A stretch of DNA of 64,000 nt, taken from Naegleria gruberi (Eukaryota). Under the pieces are notes generated by a model, which was given only the letters and a program-made list of their open reading frames with translations, ran no database searches and had not been told where the DNA came from. Positions 24,001-34,800 of this stretch are shown one piece after another. Position 1 is the first letter of the stretch. Each line of letters begins with the position of its first letter. The stretch lies in NCBI GenBank assembly GCA_000004985.1, contig GG738924.1; one strand, written 5' to 3'. Position numbers and translations under genes: made by a program.

Positions 24001-24317
24001 AGAGTTTCTGGTTTATTGGTATCACCATAATGATTTTCATTTTACAAATTGCCATCATTAACTTTGCCTATTATGATCCAATTCTTATTGGTTTGGGTAA
24101 GAATGATGGTTTGACTGCCTCCAATTTTACCCAGACCATTCCATTGAATTGGTATCAATGGGCCATAACTATTTCCATTGGTTTCATCAGTATTCCATAT
24201 GGCTTTTTAGTGAGATTCGTCAGCAGAATGTTTTTGAAATTATTGAGCTTGAAGAAGAATAACAGACAAATTACCAGTGATGGCTACGAGGAAACCTATT
24301 CCAAAGCAAGTGAATAA
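21066..24317 (+). CDS. Plasma-membrane-type Ca2+-transporting P-type ATPase (PMCA, type IIB)
   Basis: Uninterrupted 1083-aa ORF with ATG at 21066. P-type motifs are present: TGES-region, CSDKTGTLT phosphorylation site, KGASE, MITGDN, VAVTGDGTNDAPALKEADVG. It has ten predicted TM segments and strong overall similarity to PMCA/ACA pumps. Confidence 0.95.
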   Translation: MSSVEYQHGNEVLFIKKGSSGESTNNNNNAMTTESNDHKAQELAHHGDSKDEHVDSQHHHPKGPFTLTADELSEMHQNKDLKGLQKMGGMSGLMRDLKTDAKRGIAWKSNYQSYDERTNLYGLNVYPEPPAKGLFKIFFEALSDETHIILMIFAFISMVLGLAFPESEEERPIGWIDSFAIYIAVAIVCVVTTANDYSKEKKFKNLSRESKKVMVKVIRDGENFSVLTDDIRVGDIVEIEQGDGIPADGLCIESNHLKTDESVMTGEPDLIKKNTTELIFLLSGCTVAEGSGKMLVTGVGVGSEWGRTLQSLKEANEEQRETPLEAKLDKLAINIGKVGTAFAIGTVTILILAFWIKKLMYTSTWVEASSTFEETWQEKNVVDVVKYFIIALTIVVVAVPEGLPLAVTIALAYSVRKMMKDQNLVRHLAACETMGGANNICSDKTGTLTLNQMRVTQAYFGDRFFGEQLSSILLTLKSPLLQVIIDGIVANSKANLVKGDDNNKNKEYATQGSKTEAALLLLLVKHLNQTIDSYKDRRNELLSEERGSHLQLPFNSNLKRMSTIVTNSEGETRYRLFTKGASEIVLKLCSYHMASDGSLRKMDSEKEAEMMKCIEDMANQGLRTICLAYRDVNPEVEFSSRADEENYLENIDPVTLEQDLVCIGIVGIKDPLRPEVPAAIEQCKKSGITVRMITGDNILTAKYIARECGILSKDGIAIEGPTFRKMTPEQIDEILPKLQVMARSSPTDKFILVKHLRKKGNVVAVTGDGTNDAPALKEADVGLSMGLSGTQVAKEASDIIILDDNFSSIVKSVLWGRSIYENIRKFLVFQLTVNVVALILTIVSAVSSAFQHNSSYRPPLSPVQMLWINLIMDTFAALALATEPPIPELLDRKPHGRKDSLITMRMWTFIAAESIFQLTVMFTLFYGATSFRGLSFSLARNDAEMRTIIFNAFVFCQVFNQFNARKINFEYDIFRGVFKSFWFIGITIMIFILQIAIINFAYYDPILIGLGKNDGLTASNFTQTIPLNWYQWAITISIGFISIPYGFLVRFVSRMFLKLLSLKKNNRQITSDGYEETYSKASE

Positions 24318-24442
24318 ATTGTATATTATAATATAAAATTAATATTTTGAAAAATTCTTATCAATTATTTACAGTAAACATTTCCCGCCCAACAACAATT
24401 AAAAAATGAAAAAGCAAAGAAAAATTTCATCCATCAAAAAAA

Positions 24443-25210
24443 CACGGGTGGCCGACGCATATCCCTTTTGGCCTGAAATCAGCACTGGGAAAACGTGGGC
24501 CAAGTTGACTTCCAGAGAAATACATAGGTACATGATACCATATTTTCACAGTATGAGTTATCACGCTAAAAAATAATTTTGGAAAACTTTTATTAATTTT
24601 TGTATTGTTTTTGACGAGTTATAAATAAATTCCCATTTTTAGAATTTTTTAAAATGGATTAATATGGTATTATCATAATGAATACAGAAATTCATCAAAT
24701 AATATGAATCAATAATATAAATTGTGTATTAATGTACTTAAATTTCAATTTTCATTAATTCATTCCAACAAATAAAAGACTAGTTATAAAATAATAATAG
24801 GTGTCAATTGACAATCGCATTAATAGATCATACTTTATTTTAAATTGATGATATTTTAACATCACCTTATAGACATTGTATGTATAATATTTTATCATTT
24901 TAGTTGGTTGATATCAGATTATCAACAAGATAGAGCTCAACAAAACATTTTTTCCAAAATATGTTAGTGTTTTCATAAGTAAATTAAAAAAACTGACGAC
25001 AAAAGTTGCTAAATAGTGTTTAGAGAATTTTCACGTATACGACCATGTATAACGTGTTGTAATAAAAAACTAGATAGGGAAAAACATTTAATTCTAAGCT
25101 AAAATTTGAAAATACTTTTATTAACCAATATTTTTCATGTTCTAAAAATAATCAGCTTGTTTGGCCTGAAGGAGACTTCTAAAAAAAATCGCTGGAGTCG
25201 GCCACCCGTG
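24443..25210. mobile_element. Putative non-autonomous hAT-like MITE (768 bp) with 14-bp terminal inverted repeats CACGGGTGGCCGAC and 8-bp target-site duplication CAAAAAAA
   Basis: Left end 24443..24456 is CACGGGTGGCCGAC, and right end 25197..25210 is its exact reverse complement. Both are flanked by CAAAAAAA (24435..24442 and 25211..25218). The interior is AT-rich and noncoding, with a subterminal TTGGCCTGAA/ATCAGC repeat near both ends. The GC-rich termini stand out from the AT-rich intergenic DNA around them. Confidence 0.6.
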
Positions 25211-25250
25211 CAAAAAAACAAAATAAAAATTTCAATATTATTCACTCACA

Positions 25251-26627
25251 TTAATACTCATCATCTTCTTGATTGGAAGAACTTTCATCATCATTGTATC
25301 CGTACCGTTGATTCCATCGACTAGAATGAACATACTCCCTCTCTGTAGTTGTAATTTCAGGCTGAAATTCAGATAAATTTAAATAGCCTTCATTCATCTT
25401 GGCTTGATTGTTGTTGGAGTGATGATGAGAAGCAGCAGCAACACCTCCTCCTTCTCCCATCTTGCTAGCTTTACAGATGGGACACGGATACTCCTTATTA
25501 AAGCCTTTCCATGCCTTTAAACAATCCGCATGAACATTTACTCCACAACAATGACAATATCCTGCCTCCTTCTGTTCATCAAGTTGAGAAAATCCATCAC
25601 AACAAATAGGACAATTGGAAGTGATGAAGGGATTTCTCTCCTCTTCTCCTTTTAGATGTTTGTAGGTGGCTATGGCTTGTGAATTTGCCATTGAATTATT
25701 AGCTGGAGCCTTCTTGAATATTTCCTCTAATTCTGATGGTAGCAAGGCATGTTGATAGATGAGATAGGAAGACTCTTCTATACGTAGTACCTTCAACAGA
25801 ACGAATAACTTAATTTACACAACATAATAATAATAATTAACAATATATATTTACATCACGATTAACAACGAATAGATAATTAATTAGAGAGGAGAAAGTA
25901 CTTACAACATGTTTACACAGATTACCATTCTCTGCATCAGGACAATTACACGAAGGTTCTTCACCAATAACAACATCATAGACATTACCTGTTGTTCCCA
26001 TCACGACAAATGTCTGCTCATGAGCACTATTTACCTTTCTTTCTATGAGGAATAATCTACGTGATATGTGTTAAATAGTAGTATTTCATATCATTATTGA
26101 ATTAATTGTGAAATTATTGGAACAACCTACTTTTGAGTGAGAGCTCTTTCAATTCTTTCTTGAGTTTTAATTGGACAACTGGAAACAAATCTTCTCTTTC
26201 TATGTTCTTTAGATTTGTGAGAGCTAATGTGATGATGAGTGGTTGCTGCAACCTCAGCTGGTTCTTCCTTTTTTGAAATGGACAAGGAACTGAATGAATG
26301 TGGATGCAACAAATCCTCCTCCAGAATATCATCACTCACCTTCTCCTTCTTTGGACTTTCTTCCTTCTTTAATTCGGAATCATTGTGTTTTCTCTTCTCT
26401 CCATGATGATCATGATGATGTTCCTCCACCAAATGATTGAATTCTTTAATCTTTTCAATTAATTCTTCCTTTCTCAAATGGGAACAACCATGATAAATTC
26501 CCAAATCTTTCATGTGTTGTTTTAATTGGTCAACTGTGAGAGCCCACAAGTCCAAATCACTGTAGAATACTTTAAAACTGCCAGATGATGATGTAGCAGT
26601 AGAATGATGATGATCAGTTTGATGCAT
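25251..26627 (-). CDS. SAP - SWIM - RING-type zinc-finger protein (ZSWIM2/MEX-like E3 ubiquitin ligase candidate). Exon A is 26131..26627, the intron 26057..26130 (GTAGGT..GTAG), exon B 25906..26056, the intron 25809..25905 (GTAAGT..TTAAG; the alternative acceptor is 25791) and exon C 25251..25808.
   Basis: ATG at 26627. Exon A carries a SAP-like motif (LWALTVDQLKQHMKDLGIYHGCSHLRKEELIEKIKEF). Exon B encodes a SWIM finger, CNCPDAENGNLCKHV, which continues LFVLLKVL in exon C. Exon C has a RING-variant Cys/His cluster (CPICCDGF..CHCCGVNVHADCLKAW..CPIC). Every junction has canonical GT..AG and restores the frame. The ORF track shows only 26127..26627 and 25251..25796. Confidence 0.7.
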
Positions 26628-26829
26628 TCTTTTGAATTATTTGAATTAACTGTTTATTATCTTTCTTTAGTCCAATTATTTGAAGTTCAAAAATGGAACC
26701 TTTTCATATTTGGTCAATTTGATTTGAACCAACTTTTTCTTGAGGACTTTAACAGAATTTAACTGTTGGTTAGTATTTAGTATTGGAACTGTGAATCATC
26801 ATGATTGCCTTACAATGTCTAGAAATTGC

Positions 26830-27789
26830 TTATTTGAAAACTCTCACAACACCATATTGAGCATCACAAACAAATAATTCACCACTAATTGAATTGAAAC
26901 ACATTCCACCAACATTGGCACCCTCCTTTCTATTCTCAAATGATTTGACAATGGCGCCACTCTCCACACTAATCATCAACAGACCATGTCCTTCCTTATT
27001 TAAGAGAATGTATTGATTCGTCTGGTCGAGAAGAAATGAAAAGGAAATGTCTTCATCTTGTGGATAAGAAAATAATCCTTCCTTTGCAATGGATTTCACA
27101 CATGACCATACACCACGTTCATTCTGAGAATAGATTTGAAACAAGTTGGTTGGGAAATTGTTTCGAATACCAACAATCATTGAACCATCTTTTGGATCAA
27201 TAACTGGTTGGAAACATGAAATGACTGGAAGTACATCATCATCATCATCGTTCATCAACCCTGTCAGGCTATCTACTTTTCCAATGCAATTCTTTGGAGA
27301 CCCACAAACGTAAATCTTATTTCCATCCTTTTCCTTAACAAGTGACATTCCCTTAAATTCACAACTTGCGTACAATCTCCACAAACAATCAGCATATTGA
27401 TTGTACGTGGCTGCTTCAATGAGATTGGCAAGATCATATTTAATCATTTCATCATTGGAAGAGACAATTAGGGCATCCTTATTCGATTCGTAATTCTCCT
27501 CAATGAGAATTCTCAAGATTGGAGAAATTGGAACTTTAATGGCAAGTTTAAAGGCCTTTGTGTGGATATCGAGGACATTGATAGAATTATTGTAAAAGTC
27601 AGCAATTAGGATACAGGAATGATTGTGAGATAGTTTAATATCAACTGGAAATCCTGGAACTTTCTTTCTGTATTGAGATTCGTCACTGATATCCGAAACT
27701 AATCCTCCTATTGTTTGAACACATTCGAGTTGGAGTTTTGTTCTTCTGTTGTGGTAGGTGCTACTATTACTGAAAGGACTTGGAGCCAT
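26830..27789 (-). CDS. NHL-repeat-like beta-propeller protein (hypothetical)
   Basis: 319-aa ORF with ATG at 27789. It has repeated hydrophobic-Asp-x-x-Gly-x-hydrophobic-Val-hydrophobic units (for example GELFVCDAQYGVVRVF and DGSMIVGIRNN) of the kind seen in NHL/SGL propellers. The family assignment is tentative. Confidence 0.5.
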   Translation of the reverse strand: MAPSPFSNSSTYHNRRTKLQLECVQTIGGLVSDISDESQYRKKVPGFPVDIKLSHNHSCILIADFYNNSINVLDIHTKAFKLAIKVPISPILRILIEENYESNKDALIVSSNDEMIKYDLANLIEAATYNQYADCLWRLYASCEFKGMSLVKEKDGNKIYVCGSPKNCIGKVDSLTGLMNDDDDDVLPVISCFQPVIDPKDGSMIVGIRNNFPTNLFQIYSQNERGVWSCVKSIAKEGLFSYPQDEDISFSFLLDQTNQYILLNKEGHGLLMISVESGAIVKSFENRKEGANVGGMCFNSISGELFVCDAQYGVVRVFK

Positions 27790-28361
27790 TTTGTTTTCAA
27801 TGAAATAATAACTTTCGAATGGTGATTGAATTATACGAAAACAATGCTAACAACTTTCTAATAAACACAAAGTAGTGTTATCTCCAATAAGAGATGTCTG
27901 TTTAAATCACCAGAATAGACAGTCAACCCTACCAAATGACATTTCGTGACATTAGTAAATTCAAACAAGGGAGAATAAACTTGAAATGATTTTTCAAAAT
28001 TGTATTTAAAGATTTTGGAAAGAAAAAATTTCGTTTAAGGATTTTTTTGTATACGAATCTCTCAGTTGGATTTTTAATTAAATTGATAATATGGTATAGA
28101 TTCTTATTTTTCAAAATGACAGACGTCAAACTAAACCTTTCGTTTCAATAGCCCATTATCTTTTCTTATTACAATTTCACTTTACAGTTGTATTATTGAA
28201 AATGTCAAATGACAATTTTTTTAACAAACTTTACAAACACTCTTAAACTGGAAACTTGAACAAAATCACCAATCGTTTTTACTAAGTGATTTTCCCAGAT
28301 CAAAAGGATTCTCTCTAGTATTACCTGTCAAGTGACATTCAACTGTCATTGTTAAAAAAAA

Positions 28362-28997
28362 ATGAAACAACAACTTTTCACTATTCTCCTTCTTCTCATC
28401 TCCCTCCTCTCCTTCACATTAGCACACGACGGTCACAAATCATTGGTTTTCGATTGGGTCATGATGTCAAACGAATCTGTCACAACTGTCAGTGCTCTTG
28501 ATTTACTCAACAATGAAGAAGCCATTGAAATTAGAGTTCCAAGAGTACCAATCGGTGGTGATAACTCCAAGAGAGCATTCCTTAAATTTTCACAAATTGC
28601 CACTCAACCATACTTTTTGACTTTTGACACTTCCTCGCTCAATACCAGTTGTCTAATTGTCAAGAGTAGAATTGGCGCCAAACCAAGAACTGATCGACCA
28701 AGCACTTCCTACAAATATCCAACTGAACTCACTCAATTTGACATTTTGGATGGTGGTTGCGATTTCTATATCGAGTTTCGTCCAGATTTTTATAATCCTT
28801 CAACTGAAAATGCTTCATGTATTGCTAAATTTGAGATTATTCAATCATTGTGTGAAAATAGTGCATGTAAAAGTCAAAATGGAACATGTGCTGATGAATT
28901 GGCATATGAAGCTAGAATGAATGACATGTCAGTAATCAAGACATCATGGGTTTTGATTTGTTTGTTATTTGCACTGGTTGCAATTATTTTTAATTAA
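28362..28997 (+). CDS. Hypothetical secreted, likely GPI-anchored surface protein
   Basis: 211-aa ORF with ATG at 28362. It has an N-terminal signal peptide, a Cys-containing central region and a C-terminal hydrophobic tail (SWVLICLLFALVAIIFN) typical of a GPI-attachment signal. Confidence 0.55.
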   Translation: MKQQLFTILLLLISLLSFTLAHDGHKSLVFDWVMMSNESVTTVSALDLLNNEEAIEIRVPRVPIGGDNSKRAFLKFSQIATQPYFLTFDTSSLNTSCLIVKSRIGAKPRTDRPSTSYKYPTELTQFDILDGGCDFYIEFRPDFYNPSTENASCIAKFEIIQSLCENSACKSQNGTCADELAYEARMNDMSVIKTSWVLICLLFALVAIIFN

Positions 28998-29072
28998 AAA
29001 GTGGAATTTTTTTGATTATTATTTTTTAATATTCAGCGGAGTGTCACCTGCCAAAAACTCCCATCAAAAAAA

Positions 29073-30137
29073 ATGACAAGACACATTGTTTGTTGTCTCT
29101 TAATTTTGACATTGTCATCATTTATTCTGTGTGGTAAACCTTCCCTACCAACAAGTGTCACTGATTCTCTTCAACCATGTTCACATTCTTCCAAAAATGG
29201 TGATTTCTGCACTTTACCACTTTTATCAGCAAATCCAACACAAATTCCAGTTGGTTTGGGTGAAATTTACTGTAAAATTCAAAAATTAGAAAATGAATAT
29301 TCCTCCGAAAAGAAATTAATTGAAAAATATTTATATAAAAATCCAGTGCCAGTTGTCAAGGGACCTTTGACAGATGGCAGTGGATTGGGATTATATGTGG
29401 TAGATCATCATCATTTGATTGTTTCCATGTATTCAGCTAGTTTTGATAAGACTGATTTTCCAACTTTTCATTCTGCCAAAAATAGATATGTCATTGCTCA
29501 AGTTGTCAATGACGTTTCTAATAATTTTACATCTGCTAATGAAGCTTTTTGGAATAGTATGTTTGGTAAGGGATATGCCTATCCAAAGGATGAATATGGT
29601 AAAAATTTGACAACTGGCATGTTTATTCAACAATTGCCACGTGACATTTTGTCAATGAGAAATGATCCTTACAGAGCTCTCTCATATTATGACAGATCTT
29701 ATGGTGGATATGGAAAAACTGACACTTCCATCTATTTTGTTGATTTTGTTTGGGGAAATTTCTTGAGAGAATTTGGTGGACCTGACATGTCAGCTCATTT
29801 ACAACCATTTATTGGAATTCAAGTTAAAAATGCACCTGTCACCAAGTCATCAGTCACTCCAAGTGGTGCCAAGACCAATTCCTATACCATGAAGGAAGAA
29901 TTCAAAGTTCAAAAGTCATTAATTGGAGCTGCAGTTGCAATCTCAAAATCTTCAGCTGCCAAAGGATTGCCAGGTTACATGCAAGGAACAGTTGATCCTC
30001 CATATTGTTTGGCAAGTTATCAAGTTGTTTCTTCATCAACAACTAGTGGTGGTAGTAGTACTGGAGATGCAAGTGAGAAGAAGAAGAAGATTATTTTATT
30101 GTCTGATAATTTGGAAGATGAGGAATATGATGAATAA
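29073..30137 (+). CDS. Hypothetical secreted protein (signal peptide, Ser-rich and acidic C-terminus)
   Basis: 354-aa ORF with ATG at 29073, an N-terminal signal peptide and a C-terminal DEEYDE tail. No confident domain call. Confidence 0.5.
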   Translation: MTRHIVCCLLILTLSSFILCGKPSLPTSVTDSLQPCSHSSKNGDFCTLPLLSANPTQIPVGLGEIYCKIQKLENEYSSEKKLIEKYLYKNPVPVVKGPLTDGSGLGLYVVDHHHLIVSMYSASFDKTDFPTFHSAKNRYVIAQVVNDVSNNFTSANEAFWNSMFGKGYAYPKDEYGKNLTTGMFIQQLPRDILSMRNDPYRALSYYDRSYGGYGKTDTSIYFVDFVWGNFLREFGGPDMSAHLQPFIGIQVKNAPVTKSSVTPSGAKTNSYTMKEEFKVQKSLIGAAVAISKSSAAKGLPGYMQGTVDPPYCLASYQVVSSSTTSGGSSTGDASEKKKKIILLSDNLEDEEYDE

Positions 30138-30240
30138 ATTTTTTGATTCTGAGTTATTTGAAAACAAGAATATGAATTCATATGAATTATGAATTGGAAT
30201 TGTTTGGTATTTAAATTGGAATTAAGGTTAAGGTTGTTAA

Positions 30241-31755
30241 CTAGTTAAATTCTTGATAATCAAAATTCAACTTGGAAAATGTGGGATTTTTAAAGAAAGC
30301 TTCTTCACCTTCTTCAGAGGTAACTTGTCGCATTCCATACCATTGAAACAATCTCAAATTGATTAGAGTTTTACAATTCAAAATAAGTTCTGTAGTCAAT
30401 AGTTCTTCAGTATTCCTAAAGTCAGTTGGATAAGAATGTAATTCCTCCAATTTAGTAAAATTTGGACTTGTGAATAGTATTTCAAATATCTCATCCCAGC
30501 ATGAAATGTCTAATCGTTTCAAATTGGATAAATTTGGTGAACTTATTAGGTCAATTAAGGCATTGCTTGATTTCTTCTCTATTGAAGGTATTATGATTGT
30601 TAGTTTTAAAAGATTTGTGCAATAATTGGCCAATGAAGGAAATGATGCAATATTGGAAAAATTCAAATCTGTGAGTGATGATCTCGTGTGAATATCTGTA
30701 GGTAGTTCAATAATTGAATTGTCTGTGCTTGAACAGCTTGCATGAAGAGTGGCAAGTTTAGGCAAATTTGGAGAAACTAACAAATCACCTAATTCCCTAT
30801 TAGAAATAGAGCAGTGAGCAATATCTAGGAAAGTAAGATTCATAAAGCTGCCATCTGTCAGTAATTTTGGATAATTTGTCAGATTGAAACGTCTAATTTC
30901 CAAACGTTCCAAATCATTCTTATCTTTCAAACACAAATCAAGTCCATAATTTCCAGTTTCCATTTTGAGTGATTTCAAATTTAAATGTGAAAGATTCTTT
31001 AAATATTTTGAATTTGAAAGAATTTCAATAAATTCTTTTGACATTTCATGTTGAATCTCCAATTTCTTGATATTTGACAGTAATGAACTGCTATGAAACA
31101 GTTCCTTTGCCTCAATTTCTGTAAAATTACTAGCATTATTCAACTTGAGTTCTGTTAAATTTGGCATTTGACATTTCGCCAAATATTTAACAGCTGTTTT
31201 CCCCAACCGTGAGTAATTCAAATCCAAAGTTTTCAAATTCTGCAATTTTTTACAACTAGAAAGTGATTTAAACATGTCAGAAGTTGGATGTTGCATTCTC
31301 AATGATGTTACATTTGTAATTAGTGAACTCTTTACCAATTGACCAATCATTGTTTTTGACTTGTCAACTTTTACAGTGAAATTTACTCGATTTAGAGTTT
31401 GTTTCCATGATTTACAAACTAATTGACAGCAATGAACAAGGTTTTTCAAATCTAAAAATTGGTAAATATGAAACAAGTTATCCGAATTTAATTGTTCGGA
31501 CGAAACCTTTCGTCTATGAATATCGACTTGTTTTAAAAATTCGTGTATATTTTCAATAAATTCATCGATCATACCGCTGTTGTTCACAAAGTAACGATTA
31601 TCAACCAATTTAACTTTGCTTGCCAATGAAATTAATTGACTATTGACAGATGTCATCTCATCAAACAGAACCGACTCGATATCAGTCACCATTTTCTCAT
31701 CACCATCTTGATCGATATTTTGTGATGTTTCGTGTTTTCTCTTCTTGTTTGTCAT
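30241..31755 (-). CDS. F-box/LRR-repeat protein
   Basis: 504-aa ORF with ATG at 31755. An F-box-like region is followed by more than 12 leucine-rich repeats (LxxLxLxxC/N pattern). Confidence 0.75.
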   Translation of the reverse strand: MTNKKRKHETSQNIDQDGDEKMVTDIESVLFDEMTSVNSQLISLASKVKLVDNRYFVNNSGMIDEFIENIHEFLKQVDIHRRKVSSEQLNSDNLFHIYQFLDLKNLVHCCQLVCKSWKQTLNRVNFTVKVDKSKTMIGQLVKSSLITNVTSLRMQHPTSDMFKSLSSCKKLQNLKTLDLNYSRLGKTAVKYLAKCQMPNLTELKLNNASNFTEIEAKELFHSSSLLSNIKKLEIQHEMSKEFIEILSNSKYLKNLSHLNLKSLKMETGNYGLDLCLKDKNDLERLEIRRFNLTNYPKLLTDGSFMNLTFLDIAHCSISNRELGDLLVSPNLPKLATLHASCSSTDNSIIELPTDIHTRSSLTDLNFSNIASFPSLANYCTNLLKLTIIIPSIEKKSSNALIDLISSPNLSNLKRLDISCWDEIFEILFTSPNFTKLEELHSYPTDFRNTEELLTTELILNCKTLINLRLFQWYGMRQVTSEEGEEAFFKNPTFSKLNFDYQEFN

Positions 31756-31862
31756 TTTTTTTTAAATTGTAAATATTTTTTCAAGTTTTTACAATTTTAT
31801 TTAAATATTTAACAAAAGAAATGCACTAAATTACAAAAGCACAAAAGTAGAGATGCATAAAT

Positions 31863-34800
31863 TTACAAATCTTCATCATCTTCCTCATCGTCATCATCAA
31901 ATTCTTCATCACTGGCATCATTATCAGTTGTTCCAGTCATTGTAAAGTTTTCCATATCCGCATCGAACAATGTTAACATGGCATCTTCTTCCTCCAAGAT
32001 TGCCTCTGGTGAAATAAATGATTGTCCAAAGCTGGCTGTACTGTTTTGTCTGGAAAGCATCTTACTGGTATCATCAGAACATGAAGAAATTGTGCTGGAA
32101 AGTGGAGAAGTTGGTGGTAAATCGGTTCCCAATTGTTGTTTCTCCAATTGTTGTTGCTTTTCCAATTGTTTTTTGAGTTTCTTTTCCTTCTTTTTCTTTT
32201 CTCTCTTGTGTTTCTTGATGGTTGCTGCAAGACTCTTGTTTCTGATATTTCTACCCATTTTCAAGTCATTGTAGAGAGTTGCTGACATGTCGACTCTTTC
32301 GGCAGCTTCCTTGCCCATGCAGGAAATGACATGTTTCCAAACAGGATCTTCTTCTGGAATAACTGGAATGCTGTTAATGTTCTTTCGAATATAATCATTG
32401 AAACCTTTCATCATACCCTTGGCACGATCCATTCTCAACAAGTTGATGGCAAATCTGGCATTTCCACCAACATCCAACAAGTGAATTTGAGTAATATTAG
32501 TTCTATAAGAGTCAAGTTTCTTAATGGAATAGTATTGGAAATCTCTGATATCAATGAGCTTCTTTCCTTCATTGACGCCCTTGCCATCCATGTAAAATCT
32601 TTCGTGTTCGCATGGTTTGTAGAGGAGTGTTAATTTTTCTTCATTCTTATCATAGTAAGCTGTACAAACACTCAAGAAACTTCTCTTTGTTGTGAATGGG
32701 AATGGGAAACCAACTCCGTATCTGATAACACCACATGACCTAGGACCTCTCTTGAATTTCTCATTTGGATACATCTTTTTCAAAGTTTCAAAATCATAGA
32801 ATGATAATTCTTCACAGGAGGTAATATTTGGATCGTATTTGTGAACTTGCAATCCTGGCATGCAACATTTCTTGACAGCGTCAAAAGGAAATGGTAAAAT
32901 ACCTGTCCACTTGTTAATTTGCATTTTCTGATAGAATCCAACGTTAGGGAAGAGTACCTTTTCTGATAATTTATATACATTGATAGCTCCTTCCTTCTTG
33001 GATCCCAATAATTTCCATTGATAATCATCTCTTGCCAAGTATTCCATAAATTCAATGTCCCTGTCAAAGACAAATGGTAATTTAAAGTCTTCATCTCCGT
33101 ATGGATAGTAAGTGGCTTCCTTGAGACGTCCAACTTTGGTCAAATAACTCAAACCTTTGTGTTGTAATTTCTTAAACCACACATCACTTCTCACAAACCT
33201 AGGGAAACTGTCATTTTCCAATTCATACATGACAGAATTCTTCATTGTACGGAACAACAAGTGTGGAGGTTGTGGCAACAACCATTCATCAAATTCCTGA
33301 TATTGTTTTGATTCTTGGAAGAGTCCAACAAAGGTACGTTTGTCACGAGAGGAAATGTTAATTTCCTTCTTTGAATCTTCCTCAATAAAATCTTTCATAA
33401 TTTGAATTGCTAACATGATTTGCTTTCTGTAAACTTTGAGAACTTGATCATATTTGGAACGTGGAGTATTTGGTGGAAGTGTAAGGAATGCGTGTTGGAG
33501 AGATCTTGGTCTATCTCCAGATGTTCTTGATGAGCTACCTGAAATATCAGAACGTTCAGAAGTTGGATCATCCTCAGGTGATGCAACTCCATTCCTCAAT
33601 TCTTCCTTCTTCTTTTCCTTCTTTTCAGTGAGAACTGTCAAGAGACTCTTCATGCCATTGTCTTCTTGTCCACTATTACTTGAAGCACCAACTGGGGTAC
33701 TATCTTCACTTTCACCACTTTCACTCTTTTCAACGAGTCCCAAGTTTAATTTTGGTAATGCTCTTGGAGTTGGTGTGGTAAGAGAAATACCAGGTTCTCC
33801 TACAGTACCAGAAGTGCCATTTGTTGCATGTTCATTGGTGAAGTGTTCAGTTGTTTTGATTGTGACCACCTCAGCATCAGTTTCAGTTGCCTTTACAGTT
33901 GGCACATCCTTCAAAATCATGTCCATCAAGGTGGTTTCTTTCTTTTCAGATGGAGAGGTTGGATTTGAATGTGGAGTATTGACATTACTATTTGTATTGC
34001 TATTTGGATTGCTTGCAGTTGCATTTTGATCCTTCTTCTTTTTCAAAATGGAAAGTCTCAAACTAAATCTATTAGACTTTTCAGATTCGTCATCTTCTGC
34101 ATCATTGGTAGTTGGAGTACTATTAGTTTGTGGTGTATTTGCTTTAGTTTCATCCACCTTTGGCTTTTTACCCAATCCAAAGAATGATAATTGTTTCTTG
34201 GCTGCTTTTCTTGGTGTAGTTGGTTCAGATTCAGATTTGGATGGTGATTTAGTCTTATCATTTTGAGTCATCATGAGCATCATCTTTGGTAAATCAGAGA
34301 ATGGAGTTTTAAAATGTGAAAAAGTGGCTGATGAGCCAGATCCAGAATTTGACAAGGAAGATGCAGCAGAACCACCTTCAAGAGCCAAATTAGCATTAGC
34401 AGTTTGAATATCCTTGACCATTTTCATCATTTTGTAATAGGTAAATTCCAATTCATTCACTCGAGTAATAAATTCCAAAGGTTCTGTATTGTGTTCAGTT
34501 TCCAAATATCTGTAAAAGGCACGAAACATGGTTCTATCTGTGAAAATTCCCTGGAATGAGAATAAATAATCTTCCAAATTGGTTTCAACGAATAATTGTT
34601 GTTGAGATGGCAACTTGCCAGTTTTTGAAATGTGTGAAGAGGAGGCAACAGTTGACAATCCTCTCTCTGCAGAACCTGATGATTTCTTAGTTGGCAGTGA
34701 AAAGATCATTGGTGTTTCCTTATATCTCTTTTCATCTGCATCTATTTTAGTTTCAATGGTTGGTGTAGCTTGACCATCTTCACTACCATTTTGTGCTCCT

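Noticed and set aside
25106-25324. 72-aa + ORF spanning the right end of the putative MITE
   Set aside because: It crosses the TIR/TSD boundary of the inverted-repeat element and has no coding-like features.
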